The translations under genes were made by a program, and so were the position numbers. The notes beneath the pieces are model-generated. The model was not told the origin of the DNA, did not search any database, and worked only from the letters and a program-made list of their open reading frames with translations. A stretch of DNA of 63,728 bases, the filler included, from Octopus bimaculoides (lineage: Eukaryota): the NCBI RefSeq assembly GCF_001194135.2. It is 3 parts of 3 records of this genome, joined end to end, with 100 filler letters (N's around TTAATTAATTAA, not from the genome) between each part and the next. Parts side by side here need not be neighbours in the genome. Positions count along the whole stretch, not along the records: positions 1 to 31,358 come from NC_068981.1; 2 more parts are not named here. One strand, 5' to 3'. Of this stretch, positions 13,502 to 25,650 are shown piece after piece. How positions within the stretch are numbered: the stretch's first letter is position 1; every line of letters starts with the position of its first letter.

Positions 13502-15546
13502 ATCATCTTTAAAATCCGTGTNNNNNNNNNNACAATAACTTTTCTATCTGTATGCAATATACCAATAAGTTTCATACGCTTTATACTTAATATACGATTT
13601 ACATTTTGTACGATATGCAGATTTCACATTAGTATGAGTTAATACACTCATATAAGTATACTTTTTGTGTAATTCTCACCAACATAAAGGGAAAGATTAT
13701 TTTCTAAATAATACAGATATGTTGATCACATTGAAGCTTCTAATCTCATTAGAAGCATAGATACGTCTGATTAAATTCATTCTTACATTTTCAAAATAAG
13801 GACTCTTTTTTCATGTAGAGTTACTTTGCAATATAACTTGAAGCTGATGTCTGTAGATTATTCGATTAGATGTAATAAAGAGATGAACATAATATTTGAT
13901 TACATATATTGAACATCAGCTTCGTTATGATGCATGCATTGTTTTCATTTCTATTCGCAATGATATCGGCATCAAAATAAAAAAAATACATAAATACAAG
14001 AATTCGCACAAATTCATATATACGTGTGTATGTGCCTTTGCTTTTGTGTCTGTCCATTCATTGCTTAACAACCGGTGGTGGTTCATTTTCGTCCCTGTAA
14101 CTTAGCGTTACGGTAAAAGAAGAGACCGAGAGAATAATTAACAAGCTTAAAAATGAATTAGTACTGAGGTCCACTTCTCTGGCGGAAACTTTTGTGCAAG
14201 TGACCCGGCCTGGCCAAGATCCAATAAAATGAATGAAGCAAGTATGAGAGAGGTTATGTACGCACACGCACGCAGACAGATACACACATGCATACACACG
14301 CACATATATACATATACATCTATGCGTATATACATATATTTTCATGTATGCGTGTGTGTGAGTGTGTATGTGATTGCCTGCGTGTGTGTGTTTGTGCGTG
14401 TGTGTGTGTATGTGTGTGTTTTTTGTGTGAATGAGTGTATGTGTGAGTGATTGCGTATGTGTGAATGTATAACGTAAATGAATAGGAATTTTAAATTTAG
14501 AGATCTACAATATGAGATCTGATACAATCCAGATCTGGCTAACCGCATCGAATGATATGGAAGATACAGAATCGTTTAGATAAACAATTAAACTGTACCT
14601 CCTTAGTTCGTTTTTTCTGGATTTTCTACAGTAAACAAAGTATATAGTAAAGATATTGTCAAGAAGAATGGCGAATTGTACACCTGCAAAGTATATTTAT
14701 TAAAGTATTACATTCCAGTCAGACACTTGAAGTGTCCTACTATCCTTTGATCTAGCAACTATGTGCATTTAGTTGATTATTATTAAACCAATTGAAATAT
14801 ATATTCATCCAAAGGTTGACATTCCTATGGATCTTTGCTCGAGGTTTTACCTATACGGGTATGTAAAGCGAACTGAAGATTCATGTATTAAATGTGCATT
14901 TTTAAAGGATACTTTTGGTAAGAAACATAAAATAAAAAGGTACAGGGCAGTAGAGATAGTAGTGAAGTACGATCTGAATATAGTTCTGGTATCACTTAAA
15001 CTTAGAATGACCTTTGTAAATATTATGAGAACATATTATTTTTATTACATTTAGTAGTCGAAAGAATCTTAAGTATCTTAGTAGTGGAAAAAATCTGAAG
15101 TATCGATTGCTCTTAGTGAAGGTAATGTAATACAATGCAGGATATAAGTAGTATCTTAGAAATATTACTTGTATCGTTAACACTATTTCTAATTGTATAT
15201 CGAAATTATAAATCACCTGTTAAAGAGGACATATGCAAAACTAATGAATGTACTACAATAACGGTCTAACTGAGGTTCGATATAATGAAATTAAGGAACA
15301 TATGACTGTGGTTAATATCATGAATCAAATAAATATATGTAGTAAAAAGTGCATGTAATACAAAAGGCATTAACAATGATGTTGGGATTTCCAAACATAG
15401 CAATAATATGAACAGTTGCAAAACTGATAATGGTATTGTTTATAGTAAACTCCATGATAAATGTATTAATGGACACTATAAGGAAACAAACATAAACATC
15501 AGGCTGCTCACAAACACACTAACCATTCCACAAATTGAAAAGCTAT

Positions 15547-15630
<84 letters not shown>

Positions 15631-15668
15631 GCAAAAATATATATATCTGCAATTATTCGGTAGCCATG

Positions 15669-15727
15669 ATAAAACTCTGAGTTTCGGATGCCGGGGTGGA
15701 AACCCACGCCGCCATCTCTTTAGTTAT
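15669..15727 (-). ncRNA. Minimal type I hammerhead-like motif (G5->A)
   Basis: Minus strand: ATAA-CTAAAGA-GATGGCGG-CGTGGGTTTCCACC-CCGGCATC-C-GAAAC-TCAGA-GTT-TTAT. Stem II 7/8 bp plus an inner GTGG/CCAC hairpin, palindromic stem III ACTC-A-GAGT, 4-bp stem I. Confidence 0.65.
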
Positions 15728-15983
15728 TGCGCTTTGTGTATTCCGCGAGTGCATTGCAGTACCTCCTGATTCTCTAGGTGGTTATGAATTATTGTTCTGG
15801 AAAACGAGAAGTAAAACAATCGTGGAATATGACAACGTACGGACTGTTGCGTAAACAAACATTTACTCCTGGAAGTCCCTCCATAAGATCATAACTTCTA
15901 ATACAATGTGAAAGGCATTCTTTTATTTACATAATTTCATACATATTGTAATATATATATATAGGTGTGTATGTATGTTGTTA

Positions 15984-16285
15984 AGGTACATGGCTCACTG
16001 GTAAGGGTATTTGCCTCACAATCATATGATCGTGAGTTCGATTCCCGGTGTCGCGTACTGACTTTCAGCAACACACTTTATTTCACATGGCAAGAAAGTT
16101 AGCTTTTCCTGAGTTGCAACAGATTCCGGCTTGCTTTGTTGTGTTAAACTGAAACCCCCTCGGAAGTATGTTAAAGGCACACGTGTCTTTGAAGCGGTCA
16201 GCCACTTATATGTCAAATTCATGATTAGGCTGTTCTGTTGATTAAATATACTGGAACATTGATCGTCGTAAGAGACGCAGAGTAA
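15984..16285 (+). mobile_element. SINE family C-like, old copy
   Basis: TGGCTCACTGGTAAGGG A-box, GAGTTCGATTCCC B-box, 3' part ACACGTGTC..CAGCCACTT..GTCGTAAG similar to family C. Confidence 0.65.
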
Positions 16286-17609
16286 GGTCAATTATTAGTA
16301 GCACTCCATCATATAATACTGGGAATCAGAAATATGATCACTGCTTTGAAGAAACATTACATAACCTTAGCTCTAATTACGGGTTATTAAATCGCGGATA
16401 TGAATTAGCAGTGAAATATGTACATTCATTTGCAAACGTTTCACGCGTTTCCTAAATAATGAATTCGATTTAGACTCACTTTGACAGAAAGGCAAATAAC
16501 TTAACTGAATCAAATAGTTGCACATTTAAATTGGGTTATACCGAATTTGAAGTTATCATCAACATCAACATCTAGGATGGCACGGAAATTATATTGCTGT
16601 TTTTGTTTTCATCAAATACGACAAAATGTGGTTAGCGTTTCACTTTACTATATTCATTTCAACTAATGCTCAGCTTCTGATTTAAAAAAAGATATGTATA
16701 TAATTGTATTGCTATGGATTATTCTGTTTTTCCAAAATATAAAAAATATTTCGATTCCCGTCCCTTTATCTTATATTGTAATGCGCTATCTTCATTATTG
16801 GCGATTAGGGATATGAATACGTCCTAACTTATTTAAGATACTTTCTATTACTAAATGGGATAAAAATTATCTCTTAATAACTCCTGTTGTGTACCCCGAT
16901 ATTTTATGTTCCCTCGCCAAGCATATCCTTTAAGAATGTATATCTAATACATGAATCCCCAGTTCGATTCATCCACCCTTATGGGTAACACGTTCAACAC
17001 AGCATAGCGATGTCACACTTTAGATGAATATACATTGCAATTGATTTAATATAAGCCAACTAAATGCACTTAATTGCTACATCAAAGACACTAGAGTAAT
17101 TTATGTCTCGAACTGAAATATGATGAAAATGTTATTTTAATAAATACATTTAGAAATTTGTTCATTGATTTCAATAATGTATTTCCTATGAATATGAATA
17201 TGTATGTTTGTTTGTAGGCATGCATGCATGCGTGCATGCATGTATGTATGCATGTATGTATATATGTATGTATGTATGTTAATTTTTATTTCGAGTTTTC
17301 TTGCCAATAGAGAAAAAGCCAGTTTCTAGCCAAGATCCAACCCTCCTTCATTGGAGCTTCAATAACATCAACAGGACAGTTTTTGTTTTATATATGTATG
17401 TATGTACTTACGTATGCACGTATATACGTTCGTATGTATATAATGTATGTATATATGTATTGTGTATGTATGCATGCATGTATGTATGTATATGTGCGTG
17501 TGTATGTATATACGTATGTATGTAAATATGTACGTATGTATATGTGCAGATTTGCATGTTTTGTTTTGTGCCTACTTTCTCCTGCACATAGTTGCGTATG
17601 TATATAGTT

Positions 17610-19850
17610 CAGCGTATGTGTTCTGGTTTTCTCCGACCTTTAGTTTTATGTTAACATCTACTGGGCATTCGATTCCCTCAACTTTACAGGTTCTCCTCTC
17701 TATCCCTAATTACTATGTCACCTTTATTATGCTTACATTTTATTCAGGTTTTCTCTGGGACAATCCACCAGTTTTTCTTTTTATTATGAGTCGCTGTAGC
17801 TTCTACCATACTGTGGGTTCTTATTTCTTTGGCCTGGGGATTATCCTCCCGAACGATCGTATTATATAGTGCCCTAGCTACAACATCATGTCTACTCGGT
17901 AGTTAATAACGTGATAGCATTTTCTGCCAATTGCTCATGCTGTGGGCGATATCTTCGGCGTTAATTCTACAACCCCTTCGTTGGTTATCACTTTTTGCTG
18001 TTTTACTTGCATCTCTTTTCCTTTTGTGCATCGGGTATGTGGCTATTTCTTGTTCCAGAATAGTAAACGCATAAATTTCAATGTTAGATTTAGTAATACG
18101 TTTGCTGATCCATGATTAACTGCTTTGATGATTAATGCTAGAGGAGCTTTCTCCTAACATCTTGCATGATCTTCTGCTAATATACGCATATACTTTCATC
18201 TGATGATACGTTGTGATAGACTTCACTGATTTCTTCGAGCGTGAATCTAATGTCATCTAACAATGAATGTTGCTAAGAGTGTCCCTTTTCCAAGTCTCAT
18301 GATGTTATCAGCGTCTTGTATGCGAAATTGGTCATAATCAAAATTCGACACTTGGTAATTCAAAAGACGGTGCCGAAGAGATATGATTCGACATTCAAAG
18401 GGATTTGGGATCGATGTTAAGCTATTTTGTTTTCATTTTAGGTGGAGGCTGTCTACGTCACTGTTGATGTGGAAAGTAGGTGTGCTGGTTAACATCTACC
18501 AAATTTTCACATCAAAGGTTCGGATCTCATCAAACGTTCCATCAATAAGCCCAGATGTTGGTTTGATTACTGTCAGTGCAAACATATTGTGGGCCAAAAT
18601 TGTATTGAATGCATGTGTTTCGAGCCCATATTTTCTTTATTAAGCTGGAATTTTCTTTAGTGACACGCATTCTGTTACTGCTGCCATCATAAGATATGGT
18701 TTCATCCATCCAATGGAATCTGAAACATTTCCCGTCAAATACAGGGGATTTGGTTAAGTCATTGATGTCATTAGTCTGTTTTACAGATTTCTCCCATTTG
18801 GTAACCATATAACAACATTTATCCTGACAAAACGCCAACCCTACATCCTTTGAAAACGTTGTAACCAGGTCAAGGCTCTTTTCCATCTCGTGCATATACT
18901 TTGCATATAGTTTCAAGTCATCCACAAAGAAACAGTGTTTAATTTTGGGATTTCTGTTTTCTTGTGAACCAATAAGATGTCATTTAGACTTCATCAACAT
19001 GAATGACAATGGTTTTTCAGAAAGTACAAACTTTATAACCGAGAGGAGGCTGTCTGCTTCGTATATGCATTATCGGTACGGTATCCTTGTATTTAAATTC
19101 AAGCTGGTGGACCATGTTGAAGTCTTGTCAACTAATTTTGACTATTCTCACTGGAACATTAGCAAGTCGAAGGGCGCCTAGCATCAGTGAATGAGTGATG
19201 TATTTCAAACGCTTCCTTGTAGTCCAGCCACTTTGAAATGAGGTTCCTCCTAGGCTCCTGTCTTCTGACAGTAGAGTTTTGTTTCTTAACAATTGCTAGA
19301 CACATCCCAAGACAACCTTCTTCCAAGCTGCTTGTTCTGTTGAGAGGAAGCGATAACTTTCCCTTTGGTCTTGGAGGAAGAATTTGAAACATGCTGTATG
19401 TATTTTATACATTAAGTTCATGCATGCAATTGGCCAGTAGTTCTTTTTGGTGTGTTATGGTCCTATTCTCATTGAGAGGTTGCTGGTACAGGTTCATAAG
19501 ATATGGTCGGTAGAAGGTTAGCTTCTCCTACCACTATGCAACAATCAAGTCACTCCCAGGTGCTACTCCACCTTGAACTTTCTGGGTCACAATTACAATG
19601 GTATCACCATCAATGCTGTATGCATTTGGTGTAATGTACGGACAAAATCTTGTTCGAATTTCTTACAGCCACAGAGGGTTTTGTTGAATCCCCTTCTCTT
19701 GACTTCAGATTTTCCTCCAGAAGGATTCTATATCTTCTCGTAGAGGCGCTTCTATGGTGTTTACTGCTTCTGTACACTACTTCCTGGTTACGGTGAAATG
19801 TTTTGTTCATTGCTTTTTTCCCGTTATTCTGATGTCTGAGATTCTCGCCG
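17610..19850 (-). mobile_element. Degenerate R4/NeSL-type (RLE-class) non-LTR retrotransposon: RT, CCHC finger, restriction-like endonuclease
   Basis: Minus-strand motifs in expected order: APGSD; KNYWPIACMNLMYK; WLDYKEAF; DSLLSVIKFVLSEKPLSF; KHCFFVDDLKLYAK (YxDD box, ORF 18542-18925); KDVGLAFCQDKC; TFHINSDVDSLHL; GCRINAEDIAH..SRHDVVARALY (decayed CCHC); KHNKGDIVI..CPVDVNI (PD..D nuclease). Many stops and frameshifts. Confidence 0.9.
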
Positions 19851-22800
19851 ACAGGTTTTAGCTCCTACTTGAGTGTGATCAGTTTTGTTTGTATGTATGT
19901 ATGTATGTGTGTATGTAGGTATGTATGTATGTATGTATTATGTAAGTATGTACGAATGTGTGTATGTACGTATATATGTATGTACGTATGTATGTAAGCA
20001 CACACAGGGTGGGTCTACTTATTTCTATTCGACATAGCATATTCGATTTTTTCTTCATTTCTGTTACTGAACCAATAAGCAATGTGAGTAGTCCAGAAAT
20101 CCAGAGTCTATTCTCTAAGCGCATACATGTGATGCAATGTCAGTCAAGGGTGTAACCATCTAAATGGTTTTAAAATGTACCTTGTGTGCTGCTACAGATT
20201 TTCCCTCAGCCCAATGTTACCCTCAATGCGTGTGTCCATCAAAAGCTATGGGAAAATTTAATTGGTCCAATTTAAATTTCATGTCGATATTATGCTCGTA
20301 AATAACACATTCTTTAAGCAAACGAGAAATGTTGTTTTATCATAAAAAAATGTCGAGTTTCCATTTCCAAGTGTTTCTTAAATATTCATTTGATTTTAAT
20401 GATGTACATAAATGAAAATAAATATTCATTCTTCATGCATAAAATATGTGGCGTTCTATATGAACACATGTAATTACATCAATACTGAGAAGCCAATCTG
20501 ATAAAAAAAATATATACCTTGAACGTTATATATAATTTTCAAAATGTGAAGTAAACAACACTTATATCGTCAATCATTTTCTTAATGTCGGTATAAAATG
20601 CAATAACCTTTTTTTATTTACAATTAATATTACTTTATAATGACAAACAACCATACTACATGAGTAAATTGTCATACCTTATAAAGGAGGAATACATTCA
20701 GCAGCAAATTATAATCTGTGACATACTGGTATAGGCTAATGATAGATTCGATATTATTTTATTGGCATATAGAATACAGAGATCACTGCTCGTTAAACAT
20801 GGTGAAATGAAGTCTTTCTACACTCAATATGCCACCACATTCTCCCAAAAAGGATTGCTCTGAGCATGTTTTGAAAGCATTCAAAATATAGAGCACCAGT
20901 TTTTTATGAAGAATAGAGTTGACACAGCATACTAACTAGAAGTAAAATTAACGAACCCACGCACATAGGCTTCAGCAATAAACTCATTCATACATACATA
21001 CATAAGCACATACAAATATGCATTAATACACACAGGCATACACACATGCACAGCCACACATATATATGTGTGTTTGTGTGTGTATATATATATACATATA
21101 TATATATGTATGTACATACGATAGATGATGTCACCTTGCAAAATCATGGTAGCGTTATCTACATATACTTTCCTTTGTAAATACATTTTCAATGTATGTT
21201 GAAAGAGAATTTTCAGCTATGTTTATCAGTGTGAACAACTATTTAGTGGCTTTTTCATTAGTTCGTTATATACAGTGTAATGATAATTAAAATGTAACAA
21301 AAAAAACCACTTGATCTCAGGCTGAACCTACTAAAGATAATTACAATAACATGCAAACCAACTCAAATTAACTATGTATGAATGTTGGTTCCATTCATAT
21401 ATAAAAGAAAATGGGTTTAGGATAATAATCATAAATATACAATACATACGCCTCTTAAAATAAACACAAAGGCAAGAGTTGTTAGGAAAATGTGTCTTCA
21501 ATTACATACCATTATTTAACAGATAATTTACCAACCATGAAATTAGGAAAGTCAGAATTGCCACAAACGGGATTTGAATGCCAACGTATATCAGCTTAAC
21601 TTAAGGTCGAAACACTTTCTCTGCGTCTATTTGGATTTTAAAATGTGAGTTCCCTAACTGCAATGTCACCACCATAATATGAGCCATCATTGAGGCATTG
21701 GGACGCCCATTCGACATGCGGACAATAGAAAGGTTATTACTATCATATAAAAAAATTCATATTAAAACAAGCTTTCTAACAAAACAAAAACATAGCAATA
21801 ATAAAAATAACAAAAACCAAAACAATCTCTGTCATATAACAACATACCGTCCAGAAAAGTTAAAGCAAGATTATAATGAACATGAGAGTAACATTTGAAT
21901 TTTGTAGCTCCGTTGTGATTCCCATTTTGTATTCGTCGATGAAAATATCATCAATGCTTTGGGGAATATACGTGAGTGCTACTAACTTCTGAAGCGCTTG
22001 TAACATTTGTGTTTAGCTTTCGTGGAGAGTACGACGTTGTTCCATTATTGCTCAATAAACATCCAGCATTGCTATATCTTTCGTCTATTTCTCGTATAGC
22101 TGCATATTAGTATCTCTGTATTTCGCCTCTCGACGATTCATGTAGAGTGAAATCATAACAAAATGTCTGCATCTACAAGTAGTGTTCTCCATTGTAAGAA
22201 GGTCCTGATGGCTACATATTCCATAAGCTTACCTGCGATTTCTTGTTATTAAATCGCAGAAACGAAATCGCAATAAAAAGTGCACATCACCTGTTAGTAC
22301 ATCTAAAACCTAGGATTTTGTTCCGAGGCATTGTCCTACACGCAGACGTAATACTTTCTCTTAGAGTTACAATAATGTGATTTAACATGAATTTAGCTAT
22401 TTCAAAATGTTGACGCAACTGTATATATAATATAGGACACCCATAGACTGTGTCTGTGTGTAAGATCAGAGTACATATACTACATATAGGTATACATACA
22501 TTAGAAACACATTCCTTATTTTGAAATAATGTACTTTGAAAAATAAAAGTTATTATGGAACACTAATTATCGCAATGAATTACATATGAAATCGAATTTA
22601 TTTCTGATTACTTTGAATTTCCTACGAAGACACTATCTCATATAATTAAAATTATCGTTTTACTGAATTTGAAATATTCAAATTTTCTTCATCTCTCAGA
22701 ACTCATAACTTATTAGAAAATATCTGGTTGGATTCAATTCCACATGTTGATATAATAATATCATAATCAAATTAGAGCAATCGCATTTCTTGTATTGTAC

Positions 22801-23484
22801 GGTAGCGGCACGTAGGTTCTAGAATTATGATAGACGAATTACATTATCATTAACAACTGTAATAAATCGCAGTGGAAATGCATCATGTGAAACCATTTTC
22901 GTACATTATGTAAAATTTTTGACGTATGTCAAATAATTAACTTATACTTTCTTTATCTAATTAATACGTCTGTGCATCAAATTACTGTTGTATATAANNN
23001 NNNNNNNNNNNNNNNNNNNNNNNNNNNNNNNNNNNNNNNNNNNNNNNNNNNNNNNNNNNNNNNNNNNNNNNNNNNNNNNNNNNNNNNNNNNNNNNNNNNN
23101 NNNNNNNNNNNNNNNNNNNNNNNNNNNNNNNNNNNNNNNNNNNNNNNNNNNNNNNNNNNNNNNNNNNNNNNNNNNNNNNNNNNNNNNNNNNNNNNNNNNN
23201 NNNNNNNNNNNNNNNNNNNNNNNNNNNNNNNNNNNNNNNNNNNNNNNNNNNNNNNNNNNNNNNNNNNNNNNNNNNNNNNNNNNNNNNNNNNNNNNNNNNN
23301 NNNNNNNNNNNNNNNNNNNNNNNNNNNNNNNNNNNNNNNNNNNNNNNNNNNNNNNNNNNNNNTATATACACGAATATAAACTCAAAGCGAAAGATATAGA
23401 GATGGAATGCACTACGTAAAATCACTATAGTACTTAAGAAATAAATTGCACCACATAAAACAAGAGAATCGGTTTCAAATTCAG

Positions 23485-23592
23485 CAATTCTAGGGAAGGT
23501 GACAAGTCGATTATATCCGGCCTCAGTGTTCAACTGGTACTTATTTTATCGACCCAGAAAGGATGAAACGTAAAGTCTACCTCGTCAAAATT
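23485..23592 (-). mobile_element. SINE family A fragment
   Basis: AAGTCGATTA..ACTGGTACTTATTTTATCGACCC..AAAGGATGAAA. Confidence 0.75.
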
Positions 23593-25532
23593 GAGGACAT
23601 GGAGACGGAGAAAATATTACTAAGTATTTCTCCCAGTGTGCTGGAAGTATTCAGCGAGCCCACCACTTTGAATAAGAAAATAATATTGAGACCAGTTATC
23701 AAAGCAGGAACTTCACAAGTCGTAATTCTGTGCTACTGTGATTGATATCTTGATTATCATGGTTCAGGAGTGTCTGAAAGTTAATTGTCAACCACTAATA
23801 TTTTTAGATGTATGTATGTACGCATGCATGTGTTAATTTTCTTTTGAGCACCAATTCTTGCTTTATCCTACAGCAATCCCCCCGTTGTTTTGTTCTCTTG
23901 TGTTTTCTTGTATGTAGTACTTCTGTGACTTTTCGGACATCAGATGTTCATCTGTATAGCATGACCTAGAATTCAAGAATCATTGGCCGAATGCCATCAC
24001 TAAGTTATATTTGACTTTATTACGTGGAAGAAACATTGCGTTGATTTGCTTCTTTTTTCATGCACTTCATGCAATAAATTTTCCAACCTCAATTTTTTAC
24101 ATTCTCAGCCATTTGTTCCTTGATCTTAGTGTTGCGTTACAAGCGTATCAAAGCACTCTGCCGACGATTGGATCCATATCTTTCCATTATTTCATAACAG
24201 ATTCATTCCAGGAAGTTTTTGAGTAAAAAAAATCTTGATTACAGACATTCTTACCTGCAAAACCTCACGTGCTTCAAACCTCTACCAGACTAAACACATA
24301 AATATTGTGTAACCTCCTTGTAGTTTGTACTATCCACCTGATTGTACACACTGCTATTATTAAATTCCTATTTTATGTGTTCCGCAAATTACTATTTTGT
24401 ATCATTTATATCTCGGGATATAAACACCGCATTCAGTGTACATGCACTACGTTTAAAGCTTAATTAAATTGTTCCCGTTAATTATTTGGTTTGACATTTC
24501 CATCTACGGCGAAGAATCTCTGGTGAAATAATGAAGAATTTCATGAACTTAATCAAATATATTCTAATTAGTTCCATGGGAAATTACTAAATTTACTGTT
24601 TATCTACTTAATCACACACTCATTAGTGAAGACAAATTATGCAGCAACTTAAAGTGATTTCATTGAATACAAGTGAAAGATGTAAAACTAAGAGTATAAC
24701 AAAATAAAGAGAAAATAATACATAACTGCTTACAATTTTATAAATCTTACAAATCAAAAACGTAAAACAAGTATTTCCAACTCAGCCTCGATCTATGGAT
24801 AAAATATATAAAGGGTATTCATGATTTCTCTGTGAAAAAAAAAAAAAAATTCACGCCGTCAATCAGAAGCTAAGATGATACGATGTGATATGTGAAGCTT
24901 TCGCTGTTTTAAATGTCGTCTTTGTCGATAAACGCATAAACAATCAGCTCAGCCACGCTAGACTCGACGGAAAATCAGAAAGTGACTGTTAAAGCTAGTT
25001 CGACCTTGAATCAGTGCTGAACAGCTACTCATTTCGGCTAAGTATACTTGTGAAATATGTAGGGAACTGACTTGTTCAAGGATGAAATATTGTGTACGAT
25101 CTTGGAATTGAATTGATGACCTCATACTCGGACGCCTAACTCATCAATCTCTATGTTACATGCATTCGCACGAACTAAAAATAAAAACTATTATAAATAG
25201 TAATAAACAATTTAAAACTATATTACTTTTAATCAGAGAAGTAAGTTTGCAGAATCATTGAAATGTTATTAAATGGAAAATTCCAGGGAACATATACTCA
25301 AGTAGTAAATAAGACTAATAATAAATATGAGTAGCATAAGACTCTAAGAGGTGCTAAAGATGAATTTACAGGTTTAGGATTATCCAGCGTTTGCCTGGTA
25401 TTGTATTTATTATCCGCAGCAGCGTTAGTGTTGGTATTTTCTAAGGGTGTTGAAGAAGCCCCCACCTCATGAGTAAATGTGCAACGAGTTTGAAAAAAGA
25501 GTACTCAAATACCAGAGGTAGAATAATATGCT

Positions 25533-25650
25533 TTATTTAAAAGCAGCAGAAATATAACAAAAATAAAACTGTTACTCGGAGTTCCACGTACCCGTTCACG
25601 TGAAACTCCGAGTAAGGTATTTTTGTTATATTTCTGCTGCTTTTAAATAA
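25533..25650. repeat. Long imperfect palindrome (33-bp perfect outer arm, 17-bp inner arm)
   Basis: 25533-65 is the exact reverse complement of 25618-50; 25572-88 pairs with 25599-615 (1 mismatch); 10-nt loop. Confidence 0.9.

Noticed and set aside
21908-21971. Plus-strand 64-nt exon candidate (tttgtag|..|gtgagt)
   Set aside because: No compatible neighbouring exons or recognisable product.
25300-25480. Minus-strand peptide ending in a GPI-signal-like hydrophobic tail, and a plus-strand TM-like frame
   Set aside because: No convincing acceptor in frame; both readings are possible, which suggests chance.
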